The notes beneath the pieces were generated by a model, which saw only the letters and a program-made list of their open reading frames with translations, had not been told where the DNA came from and did no database searches. 64,000 bases of DNA from Clostridia bacterium (GTDB taxonomy: Bacteria; Bacillota; Clostridia; Christensenellales; UBA1242). This document shows, piece by piece, positions 12,762-21,844 of the stretch. Position 1 is the first letter of the stretch. The number at the start of each line of letters is the position of its first letter. The translations under genes and the position numbers were made by a program. The stretch lies in contig JAZNYK010000016.1 of NCBI GenBank assembly GCA_045594425.1, positions 44,173 through 108,172 of the forward strand, written 5' to 3'.

Positions 12762-13373
12762 TTATTTATGCATATTTTTAAAACAAGCAATAACAAGTTC
12801 TTCACCTGTCATGCCTTCGACATAGTTGTTTTTAGCAAGTTCAACTGCTTGATTCTTTTGAATTCCCGTTGCAACTAAAACTTCATATGCTTCTTCAACT
12901 TCTTTGCGCATCGCAACTTTTGATTGATTTGCATTTGCTTCATTTGAGAGCAAGTTCTCTAGTGAATCATTGCCACCAAGTTTGCTGTTAAGTTCCAAAA
13001 CAATACGTTCAGCCGTTTTTTTGCCAAGACCTTTGATTGATGAGAGTGTTTTGATATCACTTGTCACAATTGCTCTAATAAGGTCATCAATAGGAAGCCC
13101 AGAAAGCACAGTTATTGCCATTTTTGGACCAACACCCGAAACCAACAAAAGGTCATTGAAAATCTTTTTTTCTTTTGCATCTTTAAAACCAAATAAACAC
13201 ATTGCATCTTCTCTTACTTGCAAATATGTTAAAAGAGTTTGTTGTTCTTGTTTTCCTGAAAGTGCATAGCAGGTGTATGCAGAACAAGTAACTTCAAATG
13301 CCATAACACCAGTGTCAACCACCAATGTGCTATCATCAATCATAGAAATTTTGCCTGTTAGTGAATATATCAT
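12762..13373 (-). CDS. ruvA: Holliday junction DNA helicase RuvA
   Basis: MIYSLTGKI...; HhH motifs (LLLVSGVGPKMA, IKGLGKKTAERI); about 200 aa. Confidence 0.92.
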   Translation of the reverse strand: MIYSLTGKISMIDDSTLVVDTGVMAFEVTCSAYTCYALSGKQEQQTLLTYLQVREDAMCLFGFKDAKEKKIFNDLLLVSGVGPKMAITVLSGLPIDDLIRAIVTSDIKTLSSIKGLGKKTAERIVLELNSKLGGNDSLENLLSNEANANQSKVAMRKEVEEAYEVLVATGIQKNQAVELAKNNYVEGMTGEELVIACFKNMHK

Positions 13374-13933
13374 TTAAGTTTCCTTCTTTTTAAAATTTCG
13401 GCTTTGTCTGTTTTTTTCAAGTTGTTATTTGTAAACACCTGAACATCCGAATTTGTAAGTTTTGTATTAGTTTGAGCCAAACACAATGCAACCGCAAGCG
13501 CATCCGCAGCATCGTCTGGCTTTGGAATAGATTTTAGGTTTAAAAGTGTTTTTGTCATAAACTGAACTTGTTTTTTATCAGCCTTTCCAACGCCAGTTAT
13601 TGCCTGTTTTACTTGCATTGGAGTAAACTCATAAACCTTTGGAACCTGCTGAATTGCAGCACACAAAATAACACCTCTTGCTTCTGCGACCGCAATACCT
13701 GTTGTGATGTTTTGATTAAAAAATAGTTCTTCAACTGCAACAGCATCTGGTTTGAATTTGTTAATCAAGCATTTCATGCCATCATGAATCATTGCAAGAC
13801 GCACTGGAAAATCTTCTTCCTTTGGAGTGTTGATTGCACCATAATCAATCACCCTGCAATTTCCTCTGCTGTCTTTTTCAATAACACCATAACCAACAAT
13901 TGCGTAACCTGGGTCAATACCTAATATTATCAT
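13370..13933 (-). CDS. ruvC: Crossover junction endodeoxyribonuclease RuvC
   Basis: MIILGIDPGYAIVGYGVI..., catalytic acidic residues (D7, E in AVEELF, DAADALA). 4-nt overlap with ruvA. Confidence 0.9.
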   Translation of the reverse strand: MIILGIDPGYAIVGYGVIEKDSRGNCRVIDYGAINTPKEEDFPVRLAMIHDGMKCLINKFKPDAVAVEELFFNQNITTGIAVAEARGVILCAAIQQVPKVYEFTPMQVKQAITGVGKADKKQVQFMTKTLLNLKSIPKPDDAADALAVALCLAQTNTKLTNSDVQVFTNNNLKKTDKAEILKRRKLK

Positions 13934-13983
13934 AATTATAATTTAACTTAAATTGCCGTTAAAGTCAATAAATATTAGGTCAC

Positions 13984-14009
13984 AAAAAAACCACCACATA
14001 TTGTGGTGG
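13984..14009 (-). terminator. Rho-independent terminator (hairpin with U-tracts on both strands)
   Basis: CCACCACA-tat-TGTGGTGG flanked by an A-run on the plus side (T-run on the minus strand) and TTTTT on the other side. Lies just downstream of the 14016..14288 gene. Confidence 0.8.
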
Positions 14010-14015
14010 CTGTTT

Positions 14016-14288
14016 TTATTGTTTGTTTTCAATATTTTTGGTTTCACTGTTTTGTTTTTTGTTATCCATCACGAGTTTAACCAAGTGATATGTGTTAACA
14101 ACAATCAAAACCGCATTCAAAATGCCTGTGCTCCATGCTGGAAGAATAAAACCATAAACAGTAAAAGACACTGAACCAATGATGTTAGTTATGCGCATAA
14201 CCACACTGCTTTTAAATGTCATGGTTTTGCAACTCATCGAAACCAAAATCATTAAAGTTGCAAAAATACCTAAAATTTCAACCCACAT
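14016..14288 (-). CDS. Small 3-TM membrane protein (YgjV-like/SemiSWEET-sized), function unknown
   Basis: 90 aa, three hydrophobic helices, basic C-terminal tail. Own terminator. No PQ-loop motif seen. Confidence 0.6.
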   Translation of the reverse strand: MWVEILGIFATLMILVSMSCKTMTFKSSVVMRITNIIGSVSFTVYGFILPAWSTGILNAVLIVVNTYHLVKLVMDNKKQNSETKNIENKQ

Positions 14289-14296
14289 AACACACC

Positions 14297-15037
14297 TTAT
14301 TGTTCGTCCAAAGCAGAAAGGTCTGCATTTGTGTAAACATTTTGAACATCATCCAAATCTTCAAGACCAACAATAAGTTTGTTAATTGAAATCGCTGCAT
14401 CTTTGTTAAGTTCAATCATATTTTGTGGAACATATTCAACTTCACTAGAAACAACTTCATAACCAGATGTTTCCATTTCTTTGCTGATTGTATGAAGATT
14501 TTCTGGAGAACACATAACTTCAATGCATTCTTCATCAACAACAACATCATCTGCACCAAAATCAAGTGCAAGCATCATAACTGTGTCTTCGTTAGTGGTT
14601 TCAGCCTTTTTAATAACAACAATGCCTTTGTAGTCAAACATATAAGACACACTTCCTGTAGTGCCTAAACTTCCACCAAATTTGGTGAAAAGATGTCTAA
14701 CATCCGCAGCGGTTCTGTTTCTGTTATCTGATAAACATTCAACAATAAAAGCAACACCATGTGAGCCATAGCCTTCGTATGTGATTGCATCGTAGTTGCC
14801 TGCTTCTTCACCACCACTTGCTTTTTTGATTGACCTTTGAATATTGTCGTTTGGCATATTGTTTTGTTTAGCCTTTTGAATAACATCATAAAGTTTGCTA
14901 TTGATGTTCGGATCAGGGCCACCAAGTTTTACAGCAACTGCAATTTCACGACCAATTTTTGTAAAGATTTTTCCTCTAGCAGCGTCTGCTTTGTTTTTTG
15001 TTGCTTGAATATTGTGCCATTTTGAGTGTCCACTCAT
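14297..15037 (-). CDS. yebC: YebC/PmpR family DNA-binding transcriptional regulator
   Basis: N-terminus MSGHSKWHNIQATKNKADAARGKIFTK is diagnostic. 246 aa. GGAGGA SD. Confidence 0.93.
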   Translation of the reverse strand: MSGHSKWHNIQATKNKADAARGKIFTKIGREIAVAVKLGGPDPNINSKLYDVIQKAKQNNMPNDNIQRSIKKASGGEEAGNYDAITYEGYGSHGVAFIVECLSDNRNRTAADVRHLFTKFGGSLGTTGSVSYMFDYKGIVVIKKAETTNEDTVMMLALDFGADDVVVDEECIEVMCSPENLHTISKEMETSGYEVVSSEVEYVPQNMIELNKDAAISINKLIVGLEDLDDVQNVYTNADLSALDEQ

Positions 15038-15077
15038 TATAAATTCCTCCTATCAATAACTAAAATTTTCTTGTTTT

Positions 15078-15106
15078 ATTATAATCAAATTTACCACATT
15101 AATCAA
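15078..15106 (-). promoter_or_regulatory. Sigma-A-type promoter candidate for yebC (TTGATT-17-TATAAT)
   Basis: Minus strand TTGATTaatgtggtaaatttgatTATAAT, about 40 nt upstream of the SD. Confidence 0.5.
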
Positions 15107-15151
15107 TAAAATTAACTGCAAAATAAGCAAATTGATGGTTTTTGTGGTTAT

Positions 15152-15925
15152 TTATATATTCTTTCCCATCAAAACATACATCAAAACGCTTGCTGAAATG
15201 CCCGCGTTAAGTGATTCCATTTGGCTTTTCATTGGAAGTGATATGCTATTCCCTTTTTGTTTAAACGTGTTGCTAACACCTTGACCTTCATTTCCAATAA
15301 CAAGCGCAAAATTTGATGTTTCAATTGGATTTTTAAACACATTCACACCACCCATGTCAGCAACCAAAAGACTAATATTTTTCTTTGAAACATAGTCAAT
15401 AATTTCAGTTTCTGTCATGCGATAAATGTCGGTATAGAACACGCCACCACTTGAACTTCTGACAACCTTTGGCGAATATGGGTCAACAGTGTCAATCAAA
15501 ACAATTGTGTTGAGCCCAGTTGCTGCAGCGGTTCTAATAATTGTCCCCAAATTGCCAGGGTCTTGAATACGGTCCAAAATTAAAATTGGTTCGTTTTTTT
15601 CTGGTTCAAACTCACCAGTTGATTTCATAAAAACCTCTGCAATAATGCCCTGTGGTGTCACATTTTCTGAAATAGACGCAAGCACTTTTGCGGTAACCGG
15701 AACAACTTTTCCATCAAACTTTTCTAAAATATAACCAAAGTCTGAAAGTCTTGATGCATCAACAAAAAGTTTGTCAACCTCGCACGCACCACAAACAACC
15801 TCATGCACAAGTTTTTCGCCATCAACCAAAAACTTGCCATGAAAACGTCTATGCTTTTTATCATTTAAACTGCGAGCCTCTTTAACCATTCCGTTGTCAA
15901 GACTTGTTATAATTTCACCATTCAT
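15152..15925 (-). CDS. TrmH/SpoU family RNA 2'-O-methyltransferase (RlmB-like)
   Basis: SPOUT motifs LVIGNEGQGVS and SLNAGISASVLMY. ATG at 15925 has an AGGTGA SD; the track start at 15943 is TTG. Confidence 0.85.
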   Translation of the reverse strand: MNGEIITSLDNGMVKEARSLNDKKHRRFHGKFLVDGEKLVHEVVCGACEVDKLFVDASRLSDFGYILEKFDGKVVPVTAKVLASISENVTPQGIIAEVFMKSTGEFEPEKNEPILILDRIQDPGNLGTIIRTAAATGLNTIVLIDTVDPYSPKVVRSSSGGVFYTDIYRMTETEIIDYVSKKNISLLVADMGGVNVFKNPIETSNFALVIGNEGQGVSNTFKQKGNSISLPMKSQMESLNAGISASVLMYVLMGKNI

Positions 15926-15987
15926 AATTTCACCTAAAAACAAAAAACTTAACAGTTCAAATTGCTTGAATTGTTAAGTTTTAATAA

Positions 15988-16344
15988 CTATTTGCTTAAA
16001 GCAAGTTTTGCAGAATCACAAACTTTTGCAAATGCTGGTTTGTCTGAAACAGCAAGTTCAGCAAGAACTTTTCTGTTTAAATCAATGCCTGCAACTTTAA
16101 GACCATGAATCAATTTGCTGTAAGAAAGACCATTGTTTCTTGCTTCAGCGTTGATTCTTGCGTTCCAGAGTTTTCTGAAATCTCTTTTCTTTTGACGTCT
16201 TGCAATATATGCATAGTTGCCACTCTTCATAACTGCTTCACGAGCAACTCTAACAAGTTTGCTCTTTGAGCCATAGTAGCCCTTTGCAGATTTTAAAATT
16301 CTAATACGTCTTTTATGTTTAATTACGCCTCTTTTAATTCTCAT
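15988..16344 (-). CDS. rplT: 50S ribosomal protein L20
   Basis: [30 protein letters not shown]..., 118 aa. Last gene of the infC-rpmI-rplT operon. Confidence 0.97.
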   Translation of the reverse strand: MRIKRGVIKHKRRIRILKSAKGYYGSKSKLVRVAREAVMKSGNYAYIARRQKKRDFRKLWNARINAEARNNGLSYSKLIHGLKVAGIDLNRKVLAELAVSDKPAFAKVCDSAKLALSK

Positions 16345-16362
16345 TTTCTTTAGTCCTCCTTA

Positions 16363-16563
16363 TTAGCCTTGATTTCCTACTAAATTTTTAACTGTTTTAA
16401 TTTGTTTGCCTTCAACATAAGCACCTTGACGAAGATTTCTCTTTCTGCTTCTTTCTTTAACTGAAAGGCAGTGTCTGTGGTTTTGTTGACCTCTTTTTAC
16501 TTTGCCACTTTTAAGAACGATAAATCTCTTTTTTGCAGCACTGCTTGTTTTTTGTTTTGACAT
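16363..16563 (-). CDS. rpmI: 50S ribosomal protein L35
   Basis: 66 aa, basic, MSKQKTSSAAKKRF...; AGGAGG SD. Confidence 0.95.
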   Translation of the reverse strand: MSKQKTSSAAKKRFIVLKSGKVKRGQQNHRHCLSVKERSRKRNLRQGAYVEGKQIKTVKNLVGNQG

Positions 16564-16610
16564 AATAATTTCCTCCTGTAATACCTAATCATTAAAAGTT
16601 ATATGGTCTG

Positions 16611-17135
16611 TTATTTTTTAGAATTTTTTGGAGCAAGAATCATAATAATGTTTCTTCCTTCAACTTTTGCTGGTTTTTCAATAACTGAAATTTCTTCCAA
16701 ACTTCTTGCGAAAGTGTTTTCAGTTTCAACACCACGGTCAGCATAAGCCTGTTGTCTTCCACTCATACGAATAGAAACTTTAACTTTGTCACCATTAAGC
16801 AAAAATTTTGTAGCGTGTTTTGCTTTGATGTCGATGTCATGTTGTTCAATTGTCATTGAAAGTTGAACTTCTTTAAGTTCCACAATCTTTTGATTTTTGC
16901 GTTGTTCCTTTTCTCTTTTTGTTTTGTCGAACAAATATTTGCCATAATCCATGATTTTGCAAACTGGTGGAACTGCACTTGGTGAAATTTTAACTAAATC
17001 TAAACCTTCTTTTTCGGCGATTTCATTAGCCTGTTTTGCACTCATAATTCCAAGTTGCTCTCCGTTTGCACCAACAACTCGAACTTCAGCATCTCTGATG
17101 CTTTCGTTAATTTGTGTTTCTTGTTTAACTGCCAT
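16611..17135 (-). CDS. infC: Translation initiation factor IF-3
   Basis: INESIRDAEVRVVGANGEQLGI...PPVCKIMDYGKY..., 174 aa. Starts at ATG with an AGGAGA SD; see the finding on start-codon usage. Confidence 0.93.
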   Translation of the reverse strand: MAVKQETQINESIRDAEVRVVGANGEQLGIMSAKQANEIAEKEGLDLVKISPSAVPPVCKIMDYGKYLFDKTKREKEQRKNQKIVELKEVQLSMTIEQHDIDIKAKHATKFLLNGDKVKVSIRMSGRQQAYADRGVETENTFARSLEEISVIEKPAKVEGRNIIMILAPKNSKK

Positions 17136-17139
17136 ATTT

Positions 17140-17343
17140 CTCCTAAAAAATTTATTTCACTTTTTAAGTCAAAAAAAGTGAGTGGTTTACGAAGAAATCC
17201 ACTCACTATATAATAATTCCGAAGTAAGGTTGCACATAAAAATGTGCCAATATTTCGGGTAACATACATTATTATATTTGACCAAAGCCAAAATCTTTCA
17301 TTTGCTTGGTGGAAAGTGTTCTTTCTCTTCAATAAACACGGGT
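17140..17343 (-). promoter_or_regulatory. L20-leader-like transcription attenuator upstream of infC
   Basis: About 200-nt untranslated leader between a consensus promoter and infC. It contains nested helices (CCGAA...GCACAT-tttt-ATGTGC...TTCGG) and ends in an intrinsic terminator just before the infC SD. This matches the known L20-controlled leader architecture in Firmicutes. Confidence 0.6.
17171..17207 (-). terminator. Leader terminator (attenuator) preceding infC
   Basis: Minus strand AGTGAGTGG-atttcttcgtaaa-CCACTCACT followed by TTTTTTT, about 35 nt upstream of the infC ATG. Confidence 0.8.
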
Positions 17344-17372
17344 ATTTTATCACACAAAATAGTGCTTGTCAA
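17344..17372 (-). promoter_or_regulatory. Sigma-A-type promoter for the infC leader (TTGACA-17-TAAAAT)
   Basis: Minus strand gggTTGACAagcactattttgtgtgaTAAAATacc. Confidence 0.65.
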
Positions 17373-17396
17373 CCCTTTTTGTTATATTTTTATAGT

Positions 17397-19310
17397 TTAT
17401 TTATTACCTTTTGAACTAATATCTTCTTTAATCATTTTAACAGCATCAGCGAACGACAAATCCTTAAGTTCTTCACCATTTCTCTTTCTGATTGAAACAG
17501 TGCCTGCTTTTGCTTCGTTTTCACCCAAAATAATCATGTAAGGAACTTTTTCAAGTTGAGCAAGTCTAATTTTGTAACCAATTCTTTCGTCTGAATTGTC
17601 AAGTTCAACTCTAATTCCAGCATTTTCAAGATTTTCAGCAACACTTGATGCATATTCTGCACTCTTTTCAGAAACTGAAATAACCTTTGTTTGAACAGGT
17701 GCAAGCCATGTTGGGAACGCACCAGCAAAGTGTTCTGTGATGATTCCAATAAATCTTTCAAATGAACCAAGAATTGCTCTGTGAATCATGATAGGCATTT
17801 GTTTTGAACCGTCTTTATCGATATATGAAAGTTCAAACCTTTGTGGAAGTTGGAAGTCAACTTGAACGGTTCCCATTTGCCATTCTCTGCCTAAACAGTC
17901 TTGCATTTTAATGTCAATTTTTGGACCATAGAATGCGCCGTCACCTTCATTGATTCTATAATTGCCTTCACCACAGATTTCATTTAAAACTTCTTTAAGT
18001 TCTTTTTCTGCTTTGTTCCAAGTTTCAATTTCACCCATAAAGTCATCTGGTCTTGTTGAGAGTGTAAGTTTGTAAGGAAGACCAAACACACCATACATTT
18101 CATGAGCAATTTTGATGATTTCTTTAATTTCACTTCCAATTTGGTCAACAGTAACAAAGTTGTGAGAGTCGTCTTGACGGAACATTCTAACTCTGAACAA
18201 ACCATTAAGTTGTCCTGATTTTTCATTTCTATGAATAACGTCAACATCATTAAAACGAAGAGGCAAATCTTTGTAACTTCTTGTTTTGCTTTGGAAAATT
18301 TTGATTGAGTTTGGACAGTTCATTGGTTTTAATGCTTGTTCATTACCATCAGCATCTGTTAAAACAAACATATCTTCTTTATAGTGGTCCCAATGTCCAG
18401 AAGTTTTCCAAAGAACACTAGAGTTAAGTTGTGGTCCGGAAAATTCTTGATAACCTCTCTTTTTGTGAATATCTCTCCAATAGTTAATAAGAGTGTTAAG
18501 CATTGTAAAGCCTTTTGGCATCCAATAAGCCATGCCAGGAGCAGTTTCATCAAAGAAGAATAAATCAAGTTCTTTTCCAAGTTTTCTGTGGTCACGTTTT
18601 AAGGCTTCTTCAAGGTTTTTGAAATATTCATCCATCTCACTTTTTTTGTCAAACACAACACCATAAATACGAGTGAGCATTTTGTTTTTGCTGTCACCCT
18701 TAAGATATGCACCAGAGATTTTTGTAAGTTTGAATGCCTTGATTAAGCCAGTTGACTTGATGTGTGGTCCACGGCAAACTTCAACATAGTCACCTTGTGT
18801 GTATGTTGTAATCATTTCATCATCTGGAATTGCTTCAATAAGTTCAACCTTATATGGTTCACCAGCATCTTTCATAAGTTTAATTGCTTGTTTTTTTGTA
18901 ACTTCTTTTCTAACAATTTCAAAATTTGCTTTTATTATTTTGTTCATTTCATCTTCAATCACAGCAAGGTCTTCATTTGTGATTGGTGTTTTGAAATCAA
19001 AGTCATAATAAAAACCATCCTTTGTTGCAGGACCAACCCAGCACTTTGCTGTTGGATAAATTGCCTTTACTGCTTGAGCCAAAACGTGTGCAGTTGAATG
19101 ACGCAAAACTTCTTTGTATTCTTCGCTTTTTGTTGTGATGATTTCAAGTGCACAATCTTCTGTGATTGGCAAATTTAAATCAACAAGTTCATCGCCAATT
19201 TTTCCACAAACGGCAACACGAGCAAGGCCTTCTGAAATTGACTTTGCAATATCATTTGGAGTAACGCCTGTTTCAAATTCTCTAACTTCATCTCTTAATG
19301 TAATTTTCAT
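17397..19310 (-). CDS. thrS: Threonine--tRNA ligase
   Basis: 637 aa. TGS N-terminus, editing domain (HSTAHVL), class II core (FRVRMFRQDDSH) and anticodon-binding C-terminus. Preceded by a T-box. Confidence 0.96.
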   Translation of the reverse strand: MKITLRDEVREFETGVTPNDIAKSISEGLARVAVCGKIGDELVDLNLPITEDCALEIITTKSEEYKEVLRHSTAHVLAQAVKAIYPTAKCWVGPATKDGFYYDFDFKTPITNEDLAVIEDEMNKIIKANFEIVRKEVTKKQAIKLMKDAGEPYKVELIEAIPDDEMITTYTQGDYVEVCRGPHIKSTGLIKAFKLTKISGAYLKGDSKNKMLTRIYGVVFDKKSEMDEYFKNLEEALKRDHRKLGKELDLFFFDETAPGMAYWMPKGFTMLNTLINYWRDIHKKRGYQEFSGPQLNSSVLWKTSGHWDHYKEDMFVLTDADGNEQALKPMNCPNSIKIFQSKTRSYKDLPLRFNDVDVIHRNEKSGQLNGLFRVRMFRQDDSHNFVTVDQIGSEIKEIIKIAHEMYGVFGLPYKLTLSTRPDDFMGEIETWNKAEKELKEVLNEICGEGNYRINEGDGAFYGPKIDIKMQDCLGREWQMGTVQVDFQLPQRFELSYIDKDGSKQMPIMIHRAILGSFERFIGIITEHFAGAFPTWLAPVQTKVISVSEKSAEYASSVAENLENAGIRVELDNSDERIGYKIRLAQLEKVPYMIILGENEAKAGTVSIRKRNGEELKDLSFADAVKMIKEDISSKGNK

Positions 19311-19324
19311 AATCTTCTCCTTTG

Positions 19325-19555
19325 GTTGGCATAAAAAAATCCTTATGCCAAAAAATTTAGCATAAGGACGATAATCTTTTATCGTGGTTCCACCTTACTT
19401 CGTTGAAAATTCAACCTCATTAAAAATGTTAAGTTGTTTAAAATGTAGGTGGTTTCGGTTATGAACTTAACAAGGAAACTTACAGCCCAGGATTTCCTCT
19501 CTCTTGGTCAGCCCGCATAACTTACTTGTTCTACAAGTGCATTTATACAATATTC
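19325..19555 (-). promoter_or_regulatory. T-box leader riboswitch, threonine (ACC) specifier, controlling thrS
   Basis: On the minus strand: an AGAGA-type motif (CCAAGAGAGAGG); candidate specifier region AACCGAAACCACC with ACC codons; the T-box sequence AAGGTGGAACCACG (consensus AGGGTGGNACCGCG); and a terminator hairpin immediately downstream. Confidence 0.85.
19333..19367 (-). terminator. T-box terminator helix
   Basis: Minus strand CCTTATGC-taaatttttt-GCATAAGG followed by ATTTTTTT, about 20 nt before the thrS SD (GGAGAAG). Confidence 0.85.
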
Positions 19556-19584
19556 ATTATACGCAATAAATTAAAATCTGTCAA
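19556..19584 (-). promoter_or_regulatory. Sigma-A-type promoter for the thrS T-box leader (TTGACA-17-TATAAT)
   Basis: Minus strand aatATTGACAgattttaatttattgcgTATAATgaa. Perfect consensus hexamers. Confidence 0.7.
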
Positions 19585-19593
19585 TATTTAAAA

Positions 19594-20334
19594 TCAATTT
19601 ACAAAATATATTTTATCTCCAAAAATATGTGAAAGCATGCTTACTGTTTCTTCATGAGTTTGCTTTATTGCTGTTTGCTTTATATTTATTTTAGATGGAT
19701 TAAGTTTCACAATTTCCGCAAAAAAATCTGACACACCTTTAAAATTGTTTTTGTATCTTTTAACACCTTCATAAGTTCTCAAAACAATTTGTTTTTTGCA
19801 AAAACAAACATTTGCAAGCACAATGCCATAATCAGAAATAGTTGTTAAATATTTTAAAATATCAAGCATTGATGATGTGCTTTGAATTATATTATTTTGA
19901 TTTATTATATTTGCGGTTCGCTCCCACCTTGCTCTAAGCAATTGAAGTTTAAAATAAAAAAAACTATCAATCAAAATCTCGCCAGAAAGTTGAATTTGAC
20001 TTTTTATGATATCTTTATCGTTTTCAGCATCAAAAATTGAAATCGCTTTCAAAAACGATTTAAAAACAACGCTATCTTCATTTATAGTCAAATTATCTTT
20101 ATAAAAATTATATTTATAGTCGTCAACAATAACAAAAAGAATATAGTCCAAAATCTTGGCTTTATAATATTCTTTTTTTGCTTCATCAACTGCGATTGCA
20201 AGATATGCTCTGCCATTGCTGTTTTGATTTACAACAACACCAGAATCTCCTCTAATTTCTTGACCAAACCTTGAAAAAAATTCGCCTAAATATCTTTGTT
20301 TGTCTATTGTTGTGCTTAATGTAAGTTCAAACAT
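19594..20334 (-). CDS. ytxC: YtxC-like sporulation protein (putative)
   Basis: 246-aa soluble protein immediately upstream of thrS, the conserved position of ytxC in Bacillus and Clostridia. Called from synteny and size; no strong motif recognised. Confidence 0.5.
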   Translation of the reverse strand: MFELTLSTTIDKQRYLGEFFSRFGQEIRGDSGVVVNQNSNGRAYLAIAVDEAKKEYYKAKILDYILFVIVDDYKYNFYKDNLTINEDSVVFKSFLKAISIFDAENDKDIIKSQIQLSGEILIDSFFYFKLQLLRARWERTANIINQNNIIQSTSSMLDILKYLTTISDYGIVLANVCFCKKQIVLRTYEGVKRYKNNFKGVSDFFAEIVKLNPSKINIKQTAIKQTHEETVSMLSHIFGDKIYFVN

Positions 20335-20411
20335 TGTTGGGCTTTACCTCAAAAGTAGTTTATGCTTGCACTTCAAAAATTACTCATGGTTTATAAAGTT
20401 AGACAATTTTT

Positions 20412-21017
20412 TTAAATCCAAAACCTATACTTGCTTTCAATTTCATAGACTGCTTTTTTTGAAATTGCACAAATATTGTTTTTTTCTTTATCAATATGAA
20501 TATTAAATTTTTTCACCAACCTTTCAATAACATCACGGTCCAACAACCTAATATTATTTTCAGTTGCAAGAACAACAGCATCTTTTGAAAAATAGTTGTT
20601 TGTTGCAACTATTGCACTATTTGCACCATAGTGAGTTTTTGCTGCAACAATTTCTTGAATGGCTTTTATTCCAACAGTTTTTCCATAACACTTTGCTTGA
20701 ACAATTGATGTTTCATTCTTTTTTTGAATAATCAAATCTGCACCATAATCATGACTTTTTTTGGTAAGAGAAGCACTATACCCCAATTTTTCAAACAATG
20801 TCTTTAAAAATGTTTCAAATTCACTTCCAGACAAACTGTCGATTTGCGACATATTAAAAACTGCGACCTTGTCTTTGTTTGATTTTTTTTCACCTAATTT
20901 TTTTAAAAAATTAACAATCAAATAAATCAATACAACTGGGCTTAATATAACAAGCAACAAGATTCGCACAAATTTAACAAAAAAGTTTTCTTTATAAGTT
21001 TTTTTTCTTTTTGTCAT
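20412..21017 (-). CDS. Membrane-anchored Mrr-like (PD-(D/E)xK, Mrr_cat) restriction endonuclease domain protein
   Basis: N-terminal TM (FVRILLLVILSPVVLIYLIVNF), then SGSEFETFLKTLFEKLGY...DYGADLIIQKKNETSIVQAKCY...IKAIQEIVAAKTHYGANSAIVATNNYFSKDA, the typical Mrr catalytic-domain pattern (D-x(n)-Q/E-x-K). Confidence 0.75.
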   Translation of the reverse strand: MTKRKKTYKENFFVKFVRILLLVILSPVVLIYLIVNFLKKLGEKKSNKDKVAVFNMSQIDSLSGSEFETFLKTLFEKLGYSASLTKKSHDYGADLIIQKKNETSIVQAKCYGKTVGIKAIQEIVAAKTHYGANSAIVATNNYFSKDAVVLATENNIRLLDRDVIERLVKKFNIHIDKEKNNICAISKKAVYEIESKYRFWI

Positions 21018-21127
21018 AATTAAATAATATATTAAATTGCCAAAAATTCCAAATAATTAATTATTTTCATTTTGAAATTTCAGTAAATTATTATATCATA
21101 ATATTAGATTTATTTTAAGGAGATTTT

Positions 21128-21832
21128 ATGATTATCGCAATTGACGGAACTTCAGGTTCAGGAAAATCTACTCTAGCAAAAAATTTAGCAAAAAAATTAA
21201 ACTATGGTTTTTTTAGTGCCGGAGCACTCTATAGGGCAATCACCCACAAAGCATTAAGCCTTCATATTAAAGATAAAGAAGACGACAAACTTCAATACAT
21301 GATTGAACACACAAATATTGTTTATACATACGATGGTTCAAACAATGTTATGATGGTTGATGGCATTGACATTATGGACCAACTTCACAATGAAGAAATC
21401 AGCGCAAACGTTGCAAAATATTCTTGCAAGCCATATATCCGTGAATATGTTAGAACTCTTCAAAGAGACACTCAAAACCACAATGAAAACATTGTTATGG
21501 AAGGCAGAGATATCGGCTCAGTAATATTCCCTAATGCAGACTTTAAAGTTTATGTTGACTGCAAAGTTGAATCTCGTGCAAAACGCCGTTTTGCTCAACT
21601 TGAAGAAAAAGGTGAAACCGTTTCTTATGAACAAGTGCTTGAAGACCTTAAAGATAGAGATTATCGTGATATGCACAGAGAAATTTCACCACTCATTATG
21701 TGTGAAAATGCATATTTAATTGATTCAACATTAAATGATGCAGACGAATGTTTAACTCTTGTTTTAAAAGAAATGCTTCGCAGAGAACTTGTAACACGTG
21801 AATTTTTACGCAATAAAGGCGTTGAACTTTAA
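21128..21832 (+). CDS. cmk: (d)CMP kinase
   Basis: IIAIDGTSGSGKSTLAKNLAKKL P-loop, GRDIGSVIFPNA and DxRD motifs. AAGGAGA SD. The only plus-strand gene in the window. Confidence 0.92.
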   Translation: MIIAIDGTSGSGKSTLAKNLAKKLNYGFFSAGALYRAITHKALSLHIKDKEDDKLQYMIEHTNIVYTYDGSNNVMMVDGIDIMDQLHNEEISANVAKYSCKPYIREYVRTLQRDTQNHNENIVMEGRDIGSVIFPNADFKVYVDCKVESRAKRRFAQLEEKGETVSYEQVLEDLKDRDYRDMHREISPLIMCENAYLIDSTLNDADECLTLVLKEMLRRELVTREFLRNKGVEL

Positions 21833-21844
21833 TTAAACAAAAAC

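Noticed and set aside
16925-16931. Spo0A-box-like TGTCGAA heptamer
   Set aside because: It lies inside the infC coding sequence. A single 7-mer occurrence is expected by chance, and no clustered 0A boxes were seen upstream of sporulation genes in this window.
17042-17353. 103-aa minus-strand ORF in the thrS-infC intergenic region
   Set aside because: It overlaps the infC start and spans the promoter, leader helices and terminator. The region is better explained as the L20-type leader RNA.
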